A stretch of DNA of 64,000 bases, from contig JBBQEJ010000002.1 in the NCBI GenBank assembly GCA_038320555.1, positions 22,618 through 86,617 on the forward strand, in the 5' to 3' direction. The notes beneath the pieces are model-generated. The model worked only from the letters and a program-made list of their open reading frames with translations. It did no database searches and had not been told where the DNA came from. Source of the DNA: Vicinamibacterales bacterium (lineage in GTDB: Bacteria > Acidobacteriota > Vicinamibacteria > Vicinamibacterales > 2-12-FULL-66-21). Both the position numbers and the translations under genes were made by a program. Of the stretch, positions 36,888-45,212 are shown piece by piece. How positions within the stretch are numbered: position 1 is the first letter of the stretch; the number at the start of each line of letters is the position of its first letter.

Positions 36888-36983
36888 CACGGAAGAACAC
36901 GGAAGAACTCGGACCAGAGCAAGCGAAGACAGAGAACAAGGAAGAGAGAGAGCAAGGAAGACAGCGCAAGAGAACACAGAGAG
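36888..36983 (+). repeat. about 95-nt purine-rich (A/G/C, single T) tract of degenerate GGAAGA/ACGGAAGAAC units in the ftsA-ftsZ spacer
   Basis: cacggaagaa cacggaagaa ctcggaccagagcaagcgaagacagagaacaaggaagagagagagcaaggaagacagcgcaagagaacacagagag. Only one T, at 36909. Confidence 0.7.
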
Positions 36984-37062
36984 TGCCACGCCGCATGGAA
37001 GCCGGGGCACGCTCGGCATCGTGGAAGAAATGAACGAAGGATCACGCGCTTGGAGGGGACAC

Positions 37063-38328
37063 ATGGCTGAAGGACATACGATGGCAACCGGCTCTGACGC
37101 ATTGCGGCTGAAGCTCGATGAGACGGGGCGCTCGGGGGCGCGGATCAAGGTGGTTGGAGTTGGCGGCGGGGGAAGCAACGCTGTCAACCGGATGGTGGCG
37201 GCGGGGCTCGACGGCGTCGAGTTCATCATCGCGAACACCGATCGCCAGGCCCTGCATCTCAACGGCGCGCCCAACAAGCTGCAGATCGGCGCGAAGCTGA
37301 CGAAGGGATTGGGCGCCGGCGCCGATCCGAACGTCGGCCGTCAGGCCGCCCTCGAGGATACCGAGAAGCTGATCGAGGCGCTCGACGGCGCCGACATGGT
37401 GTTCGTCACGACGGGGCTTGGCGGAGGCACCGGCACCGGCGCCGCCCCCGTGATCGCCAGCCTTGCGAGCGAGCTCGGCGCCTTGACGATTGCCGTCGTG
37501 ACCAAACCGTTCAAGTTCGAAGGAAGGAAACGCCAGGTTCAGGCCGAGCAGGGCCTCGAAGAGCTCCGCGACTGCGTCGATACCGTGATCACGATCCCGA
37601 ACGAACGGCTGCTCGCGACCATCGCCCGGACCACGTCGCTCACCGACGCGTTCTCGAGTGCGGACGACGTGCTGCGCCAGGCGATTCAGGGCATTTCGGA
37701 TTTGATCCTGGTGCCCGGCCTGATCAACCTGGACTTCGCCGACGTGAAGACCATCATGGCCGGGATGGGTCTCGCGATCATGGGGACCGGGCTCTCCGAG
37801 GGCGAGGGTCGCGCCATGGCGGCCGCCAACGCCGCAATCTCCAGTCCGCTGCTGGAGGATGCGTCGGTGAAAGGCGCGCGGGGTGTGATCATCAACGTGA
37901 CGGGCGGCCCGGACCTGTCGCTCATCGAGGTGAGCGAGGCCTCCGCGGTCATCCAGGAAGCGGCGCACGAAGACGCCAACATCATCTTCGGCGCCGTCGT
38001 CGATCCGAAGATGGAAGGCCGGGTCAAGATCACGGTGATTGCAACCGGATTCGATCGGCCGGTAGCCGCCAAGACGCCGGCTGCATCAGCTGCGCTGACG
38101 CCGGTGGACCTGCAATCGTACACGTCGTGGAAGCAGGAAACCGGCGAGCGCGCCGCCGCTGCCGGCGGCTCGCGCATCTCGTTCTCGCGCCGCGCCGTCC
38201 TCGAGCTCCCGCTCTCGCTTCCACAGGCGGCAGACGGCGCGCCGGAACCGTTCGTGGCAGGCGCCGAGTTCGAGCCGGTCTCGCCGCTCGACGTTCCGGC
38301 CTTCCTCAGACGGCAGAGCGAAGGCTGA
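37063..38328 (+). CDS. ftsZ: cell division GTPase FtsZ
   Basis: [30 protein letters not shown] and C-terminal [12 protein letters not shown] 37063 is preceded by GGAGGGG. The track start 37021 (GTG) is possible but lacks an RBS. Confidence 0.95.
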   Translation: MAEGHTMATGSDALRLKLDETGRSGARIKVVGVGGGGSNAVNRMVAAGLDGVEFIIANTDRQALHLNGAPNKLQIGAKLTKGLGAGADPNVGRQAALEDTEKLIEALDGADMVFVTTGLGGGTGTGAAPVIASLASELGALTIAVVTKPFKFEGRKRQVQAEQGLEELRDCVDTVITIPNERLLATIARTTSLTDAFSSADDVLRQAIQGISDLILVPGLINLDFADVKTIMAGMGLAIMGTGLSEGEGRAMAAANAAISSPLLEDASVKGARGVIINVTGGPDLSLIEVSEASAVIQEAAHEDANIIFGAVVDPKMEGRVKITVIATGFDRPVAAKTPAASAALTPVDLQSYTSWKQETGERAAAAGGSRISFSRRAVLELPLSLPQAADGAPEPFVAGAEFEPVSPLDVPAFLRRQSEG

Positions 38329-38408
38329 CGATTGCCGGTTGGCACGGCCTGGTTCACGACGGTGGTTGGCGGGCGTCAGCCGTCCCATCCCGACGGCGCG
38401 ACCGCGCG

Positions 38409-38417
38409 TGGTAGACT
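38409..38417 (+). promoter_or_regulatory. candidate extended -10 element TGgTAGACT
   Basis: gcgTGgTAGACTagatatatcc, 122 nt upstream of the radical-SAM ATG. The identical 11-mer GTGGTAGACTA recurs on the minus strand at 62925-62935. Confidence 0.3.
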
Positions 38418-38539
38418 AGATATATCCATGGCACGCGGGAGCGGCGGCGTCTGAGCGCCAGTCTGCGCACCGCAGCAGGGCCGTCGGCGTCACGACGCGG
38501 CGTCCGTCGCCGCCCACCGTAAGCTCGTTCCGGCATTCA

Positions 38540-40282
38540 ATGAAGAACTGGGAACATCGGGAACGTGCGCGCGACGTGCTCGCGCGCGAGGTCGGCTACG
38601 TGCGCAAGCCGCACGGCGGCCGCCTCCGCGTCGCACTGGCCTTTCCAAACACGTACTACGTCGGCATGTCGAGCCTCGGTTTCCAGACCGTGTACCGCCT
38701 CTTCAACGATCTGGACGACGTGGTGTGCGAGCGGGTGTTCCTGCCCGCGAAGCAGGAGCTGAAGGCGCAACTGGAGTCCGCCACCCCGCTCTTGACGCTC
38801 GAATCGCAAACCCCCGTCGCGGATTTCGACGTGTTCGCGTTTTCCGTGTCGTTCGAGTGGGACTACACGAATGTCGTCACGCTCCTGCGGCTCGCCGGTC
38901 TGCCGCCGCGCGCGGCGGACAGGAATTCGCGGCATCCGCTCGTCGTGATAGGCGGCGCCGTAACCTTCGTGAATCCCGAACCGCTCGCGATGTTTGCCGA
39001 CGTGATCGCCGCCGGCGAAGGGGAGCTGCTCGTTCCAACGCTTACGACCACGGTCCATGCCGCCGAGGATCGCGAGGATCTGTTCCGCCGGCTTACAACG
39101 GCACGCGGCTTCTATATTCCGTCGTTCTATGACGTTCACTACGGCGCCGACGGGACCATCGAGGCGTTCGAGCCGAAGAGTGGCACCGGCGCGCCACCGG
39201 TGGTGAAGAAGGCCGCCGTCAAAAGCATCGATCGCCTGGATCCCCCGGCGACGTCGATCTTCACGCCCGAGACGGAGTTCGGGTCGCGGTTCCTGATCGA
39301 GGTCGTGCGCGGCTGCGCCAACCTGTGTCGCTTCTGCTGGGCCGGCTACAACTATCTGCCCGTGCGCGCCTTTCCGGCTGACCGCATCCTCGAGCTTGCC
39401 GCACAGGCAAGGCAGTACTCGAACAAGGTCGGCCTCGTCTCGATCGCCTTGTGCGACCATCCGGAAATCGAACGCATCCTGACCGGCCTGCTCGACATGG
39501 GCTACTCGATCAGCCCCGCGTCGCTTCGGCTCGACGACCTTACGGAGCCGATCGTCAGGCTCCTGCGCAAAAGCGGCGAACGGTCGATCACGATCGCCCC
39601 CGAGACCGGATCGGATCGCCTCCGGCGCGTGATCAACAAGACGGTCACCAACGATGAGATTCTGGCGGCAACCGAGCTGATTTTCGCAAACGGCATCGAC
39701 AACCTGAAGCTCTACTACATGATCGGGCTGCCGACGGAGACCGATGATGATCTGGCAGCGATTCGAGATCTGACGACCGCGATGCGCGACGTCATGCTGA
39801 AGCACGGCCGCCCCCGCGGCCGACTCGGGCGCATCGTCGGGAGCGTGAACCCCCTCATTCCGAAGCCGGGGACGGCGTACCAACGGCTGCCGATGGAGGA
39901 CCCCGCGATCACCGACGCCAAAGGGAAGCGCCTGCGGCAGATGTTGTCGGGGCTCGACAACGTGTATTTCAATATCAAGTCCGAGCGTCATTCGTATTAC
40001 CAGGCCCTGCTCTCATTGGGCGATCGCCGCGTGGCTTCCACGATCGAAGCCGCCGAGCGCAACGGCGGCCAGTGGCGCGCGGCCGTGGCGGAGACCGGTC
40101 TCGACGCTGCGTTCTTCATCTTCCGCGACCGGACCCATGATGCGGTGCTCCCGTGGGACATCATCGACGGTGGCATGAAGTCGTCGTTCTTCCAGGCGGA
40201 GTTCGACAAGGGACTCCGCGAGGAATGGACCCTGCCGCCCAAACGCCAGAAGGAAAATGCAAGGTTTCTCCCGGTTCTGTAG
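38540..40282 (+). CDS. radical SAM protein, TIGR03960-like (B12-binding-like N-terminal region)
   Basis: 580 aa. VALAFPNTYYVGMSSLGFQTVY at the N-terminus and CX3CX2C in VVRGCANLCRFCWAGY. Confidence 0.8.
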   Translation: MKNWEHRERARDVLAREVGYVRKPHGGRLRVALAFPNTYYVGMSSLGFQTVYRLFNDLDDVVCERVFLPAKQELKAQLESATPLLTLESQTPVADFDVFAFSVSFEWDYTNVVTLLRLAGLPPRAADRNSRHPLVVIGGAVTFVNPEPLAMFADVIAAGEGELLVPTLTTTVHAAEDREDLFRRLTTARGFYIPSFYDVHYGADGTIEAFEPKSGTGAPPVVKKAAVKSIDRLDPPATSIFTPETEFGSRFLIEVVRGCANLCRFCWAGYNYLPVRAFPADRILELAAQARQYSNKVGLVSIALCDHPEIERILTGLLDMGYSISPASLRLDDLTEPIVRLLRKSGERSITIAPETGSDRLRRVINKTVTNDEILAATELIFANGIDNLKLYYMIGLPTETDDDLAAIRDLTTAMRDVMLKHGRPRGRLGRIVGSVNPLIPKPGTAYQRLPMEDPAITDAKGKRLRQMLSGLDNVYFNIKSERHSYYQALLSLGDRRVASTIEAAERNGGQWRAAVAETGLDAAFFIFRDRTHDAVLPWDIIDGGMKSSFFQAEFDKGLREEWTLPPKRQKENARFLPVL

Positions 40283-40336
40283 CCCGCGCGTCCCGCCGCG
40301 CGAGACGTTCTTCACTACTCCGGGGAAAGCACGGAG

Positions 40337-40639
40337 CTACGACGCGACGGCCGCTTGCGCCTCGTACTCGGCGTACGCCTGCAGGATGAGATCGCGAAGG
40401 CGGTCCTGCGCCGTGACGTCGCCGATCGGCCGCAGCAGCGAGTAGCTGCGCCGCTCTCCGTTGACCGAGTACTGACGCGCCGGGAACGTGACGTTGCGAC
40501 CATTGCCGGTCTTGCGCTCCCACACCGCAAAGCCGATCAACTTCAAGCCTTCGAGCGGTCCGTGCGTGAAGTGCAGCTCGGCCTCCGCGAGTTTTCCGGG
40601 CGGGTTCCCCTTGTCGTTCGGCACAATCTTGATCGTCAT
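40337..40639 (-). CDS. small SpoVG-like protein (tentative)
   Basis: Track ORF trimmed to ATG 40639, preceded by AGGAGAAG. 100 aa: MTIKIVPNDKGNPPGKLAEAELHF...LKLIGFAVWERKTGNGRNVTFPARQYSVNGERRSYSLLRPI...LRDLILQAY. The spacing of conserved positions resembles SpoVG. Confidence 0.45.
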   Translation of the reverse strand: MTIKIVPNDKGNPPGKLAEAELHFTHGPLEGLKLIGFAVWERKTGNGRNVTFPARQYSVNGERRSYSLLRPIGDVTAQDRLRDLILQAYAEYEAQAAVAS

Positions 40640-40818
40640 CGTGTCTTCTCCTCTCGGCTGGCGAGTCCGCCGCAGGAAGCGCAAAGGAGGTGCCGGTCGA
40701 AACGGGTCGAACGCTGCGCGCGGATGGTGCTGTGAGGATTGGAGTTGGCGCGCGTCCCCGCGCGACCCGGCGGCAGGTGGCGGCGGGCGCCCCGGCCAAC
40801 GGTCAACGGCAGTTGCGA

Positions 40819-41199
40819 TCAGTCGCCGAGAAGGATCACCTGGGCCATCGCAAGCGCGTCGGAATGTGTGATGGTCAGCAGCGAAGATCGAACACGCAGG
40901 CGATCGGCGTGGACCGCGGCCGCGCCATGCAACCGCAGTTGCGGCGGCCCGGAGAAGCGGACGACTTCGATGTCCTTCCAGCGGACGCCGCGCGAGTGGC
41001 CGGTCCCGAGCGCTTTCATCGCCGCTTCCTTCGCGGCAAACCGTCCGGCGAGGTGGGGAACCGGATTGCGGCGTCGCGTACAATAGGCGATCTCACCATC
41101 GGTGAACACACGGCGCAGAAAGCGGTCGCCGTACCGCTCAAAAGTCGTGGCGATGCGGGGAATATCGGTGGCGTCGAATCCAAGTCCGAGAATGTTCAT
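40819..41199 (-). CDS. acpS: holo-[acyl-carrier-protein] synthase
   Basis: 126 aa. MNILGLGFDATDIPRI..., LAGRFAAKEAAMKALGTG, ITHSDALAMAQVIL. Confidence 0.9.
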   Translation of the reverse strand: MNILGLGFDATDIPRIATTFERYGDRFLRRVFTDGEIAYCTRRRNPVPHLAGRFAAKEAAMKALGTGHSRGVRWKDIEVVRFSGPPQLRLHGAAAVHADRLRVRSSLLTITHSDALAMAQVILLGD

Positions 41200-41986
41200 G
41201 ACCTTGCCTCAGCCTAGCGGCGCTTTCGAGTGGACGCAAGCGCCATGGGGCGCCGTCCTGCGGTGCGGACCGCTGGCAGCGCTGGCAGAGCACTTCTTCA
41301 CGGCGAACGACTTGACGCTGCGCGGCGATCTCCAGGAATGGAATGCCCTGGCCGGCTATGTCGGGGTCGATCAGACGGACTTCTTGACTGTGCGCCAGCT
41401 CCACGGCGCCGGCGTCGCCGCCGCCTCCAGCGATCGACCCCGCCCCTGGTCTTCCCCCGAAGCCGACGCCATCGTCAGCAACGATCCGTCAGCGGCGATC
41501 TCGGTGCGCGTGGCCGATTGCGTTCCGATCCTGCTCGCCGACGACACGGGCCGCCGGGTGGCGGCCATCCACGCGGGCTGGCGCGGCACGGCGAAGCGCG
41601 CCGTGATCGCGGGGATCGAGGCGATGCGGGCGCTGTACGGGGTCAGGCCCGAACGGCTCACCGCCGCGGTCGGCCCGTGCATTGGCCCATGCTGTTACGA
41701 AGTGGGCGAAGATGTGCTCGACGGGTTCCGGGCGGCGGGTCACCACCCTCAGATCCTTGACGCGTGGTTTGTGCCGGCGGAAGCCGGCACGCTCAGGCTG
41801 GACCTGTGGCGCGCCACGCGCGACCAGCTCGAGGGCGCAGGGCTGCTATCGCCGAACGTCCATATTTCGGAGCTGTGCACGAAGACACACGCGCACGTGT
41901 TTCATTCGTATCGGGCACACGGAAAAGCGGCGGGCCGCATGGTGGGCGTGATTCGGCCTAAAGCACTGCTGATTGGCGATTGCTGA
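41198..41986 (+). CDS. pgeF: peptidoglycan editing factor PgeF (YfiH/YlmD, DUF152 laccase-domain protein)
   Basis: VRQLHGAGV, ADAIVSNDP, VRVADCVPILLAD, AAIHAGWRGT, GPCIGPCCYEVGEDV. Start is ATG 41198 (or 41192); it overlaps the divergent acpS ATG. Confidence 0.85.
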   Translation: MTLPQPSGAFEWTQAPWGAVLRCGPLAALAEHFFTANDLTLRGDLQEWNALAGYVGVDQTDFLTVRQLHGAGVAAASSDRPRPWSSPEADAIVSNDPSAAISVRVADCVPILLADDTGRRVAAIHAGWRGTAKRAVIAGIEAMRALYGVRPERLTAAVGPCIGPCCYEVGEDVLDGFRAAGHHPQILDAWFVPAEAGTLRLDLWRATRDQLEGAGLLSPNVHISELCTKTHAHVFHSYRAHGKAAGRMVGVIRPKALLIGDC

Positions 41987-42032
41987 TTGTCGATTCCGAT
42001 CCCATCAATCAGCATTCAATCAGCGATTTTTT
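41968..42032 (+). terminator. two-helix hairpin built from CTGATTG heptamers followed by T6: intrinsic terminator of pgeF (possibly bidirectional)
   Basis: gctgattg 41968-75 pairs with caatcagc 42017-24. gctgattg 41982-89 pairs with caatcagc 42006-13. The tttttt run is at 42027-32. The element overlaps the 3' ends of both convergent genes. Confidence 0.65.
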
Positions 42033-42436
42033 AGCCGCGCCTCGGCTTCATCCATCCCGAGGTTCGAAAGCCGATCGGCTTCCTCGTTGAATTCGCGGCG
42101 GACGTGCTCGAATCTCACATCGTCGAGCTCCGCGACGAGAAGGCGCGCGCGAACGTAAAGCGGCTGTAGTCCGGGGTTCTTGACCTTGTATTCGCCGCGC
42201 ATCTGCTTGACCAGCAGTTCCGAGTCGGCGCGAATCTGCACGCGGCTGACGTTATTCTCGACGGCCCACCGCAGCGCCGCCAGAAGGCCGTTGTATTCGG
42301 CCACGTTGTTGGTGGCGATGCCCAGTGGGCCATGCAGTTCGTCGAGGACGGTGCCGTCGGCCGACTGGATGCGGACGCCATACCCGGCAGGGCCCGGGTT
42401 GCCGCGGGCGCCGCCGTCGATATAAGCGACGATCAT
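42020..42436 (-). CDS. rnhA: ribonuclease HI
   Basis: Trimmed to ATG 42436. MIVAYIDGGARGNPGPAGYGV..., TNNVAEYNGLLAAL, REFNEEADRLSN (DEDD residues). Confidence 0.9.
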   Translation of the reverse strand: MIVAYIDGGARGNPGPAGYGVRIQSADGTVLDELHGPLGIATNNVAEYNGLLAALRWAVENNVSRVQIRADSELLVKQMRGEYKVKNPGLQPLYVRARLLVAELDDVRFEHVRREFNEEADRLSNLGMDEAEARLKNR

Positions 42437-42444
42437 TGAGGGAG

Positions 42445-43182
42445 TCAGGAGGGTTGAGCCGCGCCGCCAGGCGCCGCAGCTGGGACGAAATAGAGGATCC
42501 GCGTGCAGCTGTCGCACTGGTGCAGGCCGTCGTTCCGCCGGACCTCGTTGAACATCTGCGGCCGCAGTCGGACATGGCAGACAGTGCAGAGGCCGTCGCG
42601 CGCTTCGGCCACGGCGACACCTTTGCGCCCATGGGCCACGCGCTCGAAGAGCGAAAGCGCATCGCGCGGCAGCATGGCGACGATCTCCTTGCGCGCGGCC
42701 GTCAGCCGCGCCAGCTCCTGCTCGATCTCCGCACGCTCGGCCTCGAGGATCTTCTGGTCGCGCGCCACGACGGTCTGCTCGGCTTTGAGCGCTGATTCGG
42801 CCGCCTTCAGCTCCGCGGCAAACGTTTCCGCCTGCTCCATGTGCTCGAGCAGTTTGTCTTCGTGAGCTCGCACGTCGTGCTCGGCAGCGGCCATCTCCTT
42901 CTGCATCGCCTGGTATTCCTTGTTGGTCTTGACCTCCATCAATTGCCCTTTGTACTTGGACAACCGGCCCTGGACCGCCGCCAACTCTCTTTCGACCTCG
43001 CGCCGGGCCGTCTGGCCGGCGGTGATCTGCTCCTTCACGCTCGAGACATGCGCCGTTTTCTCGGCGACCCGTGTTTCCAGCGCCTGAAGGGCGGCCGGCA
43101 GTTCCGCGATGCGACGCCGCGCGCGATCGGCGGCGAGATCAAGGTCCTGAAGCTGGATGAGGTGCTGGAGATCTGGATGCAT
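42445..43182 (-). CDS. coiled-coil protein with C-terminal C4 zinc ribbon (COG1579/DUF164-like)
   Basis: Trimmed to ATG 43182. MHPDLQHLIQLQDLDL..., a long heptad-rich region, then CTVCHVRLRPQMFNEV...HQCDSCTRILY. Confidence 0.8.
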   Translation of the reverse strand: MHPDLQHLIQLQDLDLAADRARRRIAELPAALQALETRVAEKTAHVSSVKEQITAGQTARREVERELAAVQGRLSKYKGQLMEVKTNKEYQAMQKEMAAAEHDVRAHEDKLLEHMEQAETFAAELKAAESALKAEQTVVARDQKILEAERAEIEQELARLTAARKEIVAMLPRDALSLFERVAHGRKGVAVAEARDGLCTVCHVRLRPQMFNEVRRNDGLHQCDSCTRILYFVPAAAPGGAAQPS

Positions 43183-43189
43183 CAAAAAG

Positions 43190-43302
43190 AATTGCTGATT
43201 GGGCACTGCTGATTGTCGATTGCCGCCGCATGCCGATTGTCGATTGGCAACTCCGGCCGATTGCGACCCCCAATCAACAGTCAGCAATCAACAATCAGCA
43301 AT
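43190..43302. repeat. 113-nt element of CTGATTG/GTCGATT heptamers bounded by a perfect 12-bp inverted repeat (AATTGCTGATTG...CAATCAGCAATT)
   Basis: Read directly from the sequence. The left half has gattg units and the right half has caatca units. It lies between the tRNA and the zinc-ribbon gene start. Confidence 0.75.
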
Positions 43303-43306
43303 TAAA

Positions 43307-43379
43307 TGGGCCCACCAGGATTCGAACCTGGGACAGGCCGGTTATGAGCCGGCGGCTCTGACCGCTGAGCTATGGGCCC
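43307..43379 (-). tRNA. tRNA with CAU anticodon (elongator Met or lysidine-modified Ile2); CCA not encoded
   Basis: The reverse complement GGGCCCA TA GCTC AGCGGTCA GAGC C GCCGG CTCATAA CCGGC CTGTC CCAGG TTCGAAT CCTGG TGGGCCC A folds as a 73-nt cloverleaf. G1-C72 is paired, so it is not an initiator. Confidence 0.9.
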
Positions 43380-43391
43380 GCACGAAAGTCT

Positions 43392-43462
43392 AAAGGGAAA
43401 AGGTAAAAGGGAGAAGGCAAAAGGAATCGTTCCCTTTCGGCCTCTTCCCTTGTCCCTTCACC
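43392..43462 (-). terminator. imperfect AAGGGA/TCCCTT repeat hairpin downstream of rpoD (candidate terminator, no clear U-tract)
   Basis: aaagggaaaaggtaaaagggagaaggcaaaagg - aatcgt - tccctttcggcctcttcccttgtcccttcacc. It begins 11 nt after the rpoD stop. Confidence 0.4.
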
Positions 43463-43472
43463 GGGTAGCGGA

Positions 43473-45182
43473 TTATGTCCGTCCTTCCAGGAAGGCGCGG
43501 AGCTTCCGGGAGCGCGACGGATGGCGCAGCTTGCGGAGCGCCTTCGCCTCGATCTGCCGGATGCGCTCGCGGGTGACCGCGAAACTCTGGCCGACCTCTT
43601 CCAGCGTGTGCTCGCTGCCGTCGCCGACGCCAAACCGCATCTTGATCACCTTCTCTTCACGCGGCGTGAGCGTCTTCAACACCGAGTCGGTCTGTTCCTT
43701 CAGGTTCAGATTGATGACCGCGTCCGAGGGGGACACGACCTGCCGATCCTCGATGAAATCGCCAAGATGCGAGTCTTCCTCTTCGCCGATCGGTGTTTCC
43801 AGCGAGATCGGCTCCTGCGCGATCTTGAGGACCTTCCGGACCTTCGAAACCGGGATGTCCATCCGTTTCGCGATCTCCTCGGAGGTTGGCTCGCGACCGA
43901 GCTCCTGCACCAACGCGCGCGAGGTGCGAATCAGCTTGTTGATCGTCTCGATCATGTGAACCGGGATCCGGATGGTTCGGGCCTGGTCCGCAATCGCACG
44001 CGTGATCGCCTGGCGAATCCACCACGTCGCATACGTCGAGAACTTGTACCCGCGGCGGTATTCGAACTTGTCCACCGCCTTCATCAGCCCGATATTGCCT
44101 TCCTGAATCAGGTCGAGGAACTGCAACCCGCGGTTGGTGTACTTCTTCGCGATCGAGACCACGAGCCGGAGGTTGGCTTCGACGAGCTCCTTCTTGGCCT
44201 GTTCCGCCTGGACCTCGCCCCGGGCGATGGTCTCGAGCGTGCGCATCAGCTGGTCCGGCGTCTCTTCGAGCTCGTCGGCCATCGCCTTGACCTGGACCTT
44301 GAGCTCCTTCTGCTGCCTGAGGAGATTCTTCTTGTCGTCCTCCTTCAGGCGGCTCTTCTTGTTCTTCGGGTTGACCTGCCGCTCGATGTGATCGATTTGC
44401 CGCTTGACGCGCATGACCGCTTCGACCGACTCCTTGATCTGGTCGATCATGCGGCGCTTGATGTTCTCGGTGAACTCGATCTTGCGGATCAACTTCGAGA
44501 GCTCGACGCGCGCCCGCAGCGACTCGCCCCGCACCCGGCGGTACTTGCGCTTGTCGCGGGTCGTCGCCCCTTTCAGCGTCCTGTCCAGCTTTTCCTTGCA
44601 CTTCTCGACCGCCTGCCACGCTTTGCGCACGGCCTCGATCTGCCGGACCACCTGCCTCTTGCGGTCGTCGATTTTTTCGTCGGTGAGCTCTTCGTCCACG
44701 AACGTAACGAGTTCGCGGATGCTGCGCTCGTCCGCCTTCAGCGCGTCCCCCATCTGCATGATGGCGCGCGCAATGGTCGGCGTGCGCGAGATCGACTTGA
44801 TCACTGCGAGCTTGCCGCGCTCGATCCGCTTGGCGATCTCGACTTCTCCTTCACGCGTGAGGAGAGGGACCGTGCCCATTTCCCGGAGATACATCCGGAC
44901 GGGATCGTTCGTCTTGTCGAGCGCCCCAGGCGTGAGATCGAGCTCGAGCTCCTCGGCTCCTTCGCCGGTTCGATCGAGCAGCTTGTCTTCCCGATATTTC
45001 TGCTCCGAATCGACGACTTCAATCCCCGCGCTGCCGAACGTGCTGAAGAGGTCATCGAGCTCATCAGACGACGTGATGTCGGCCGGGAGCAGTTCGTTGA
45101 CCTCGTCGTACAGCAGATAGCCTTTTTCCTTGCCGATAGAGATGAGCTGCCTCACCTCATCATATTTTTCTTCGATCGACAA
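43473..45182 (-). CDS. rpoD: RNA polymerase primary sigma factor RpoD
   Basis: 569 aa. [28 protein letters not shown]..., region 2 [27 protein letters not shown], region 4 [11 protein letters not shown]...[30 protein letters not shown]. Confidence 0.97.
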   Translation of the reverse strand: MSIEEKYDEVRQLISIGKEKGYLLYDEVNELLPADITSSDELDDLFSTFGSAGIEVVDSEQKYREDKLLDRTGEGAEELELDLTPGALDKTNDPVRMYLREMGTVPLLTREGEVEIAKRIERGKLAVIKSISRTPTIARAIMQMGDALKADERSIRELVTFVDEELTDEKIDDRKRQVVRQIEAVRKAWQAVEKCKEKLDRTLKGATTRDKRKYRRVRGESLRARVELSKLIRKIEFTENIKRRMIDQIKESVEAVMRVKRQIDHIERQVNPKNKKSRLKEDDKKNLLRQQKELKVQVKAMADELEETPDQLMRTLETIARGEVQAEQAKKELVEANLRLVVSIAKKYTNRGLQFLDLIQEGNIGLMKAVDKFEYRRGYKFSTYATWWIRQAITRAIADQARTIRIPVHMIETINKLIRTSRALVQELGREPTSEEIAKRMDIPVSKVRKVLKIAQEPISLETPIGEEEDSHLGDFIEDRQVVSPSDAVINLNLKEQTDSVLKTLTPREEKVIKMRFGVGDGSEHTLEEVGQSFAVTRERIRQIEAKALRKLRHPSRSRKLRAFLEGRT

Positions 45183-45212
45183 CGGCGTGTCCTCCTACAG
45201 CTCCGCGCTTTC

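Noticed and set aside
36869-37277. Minus-strand ORFs over the AG-rich tract and the ftsZ start
   Set aside because: These are translations of a pyrimidine-rich complement ([11 protein letters not shown]...). They overlap the ftsZ N-terminus and have no start context.
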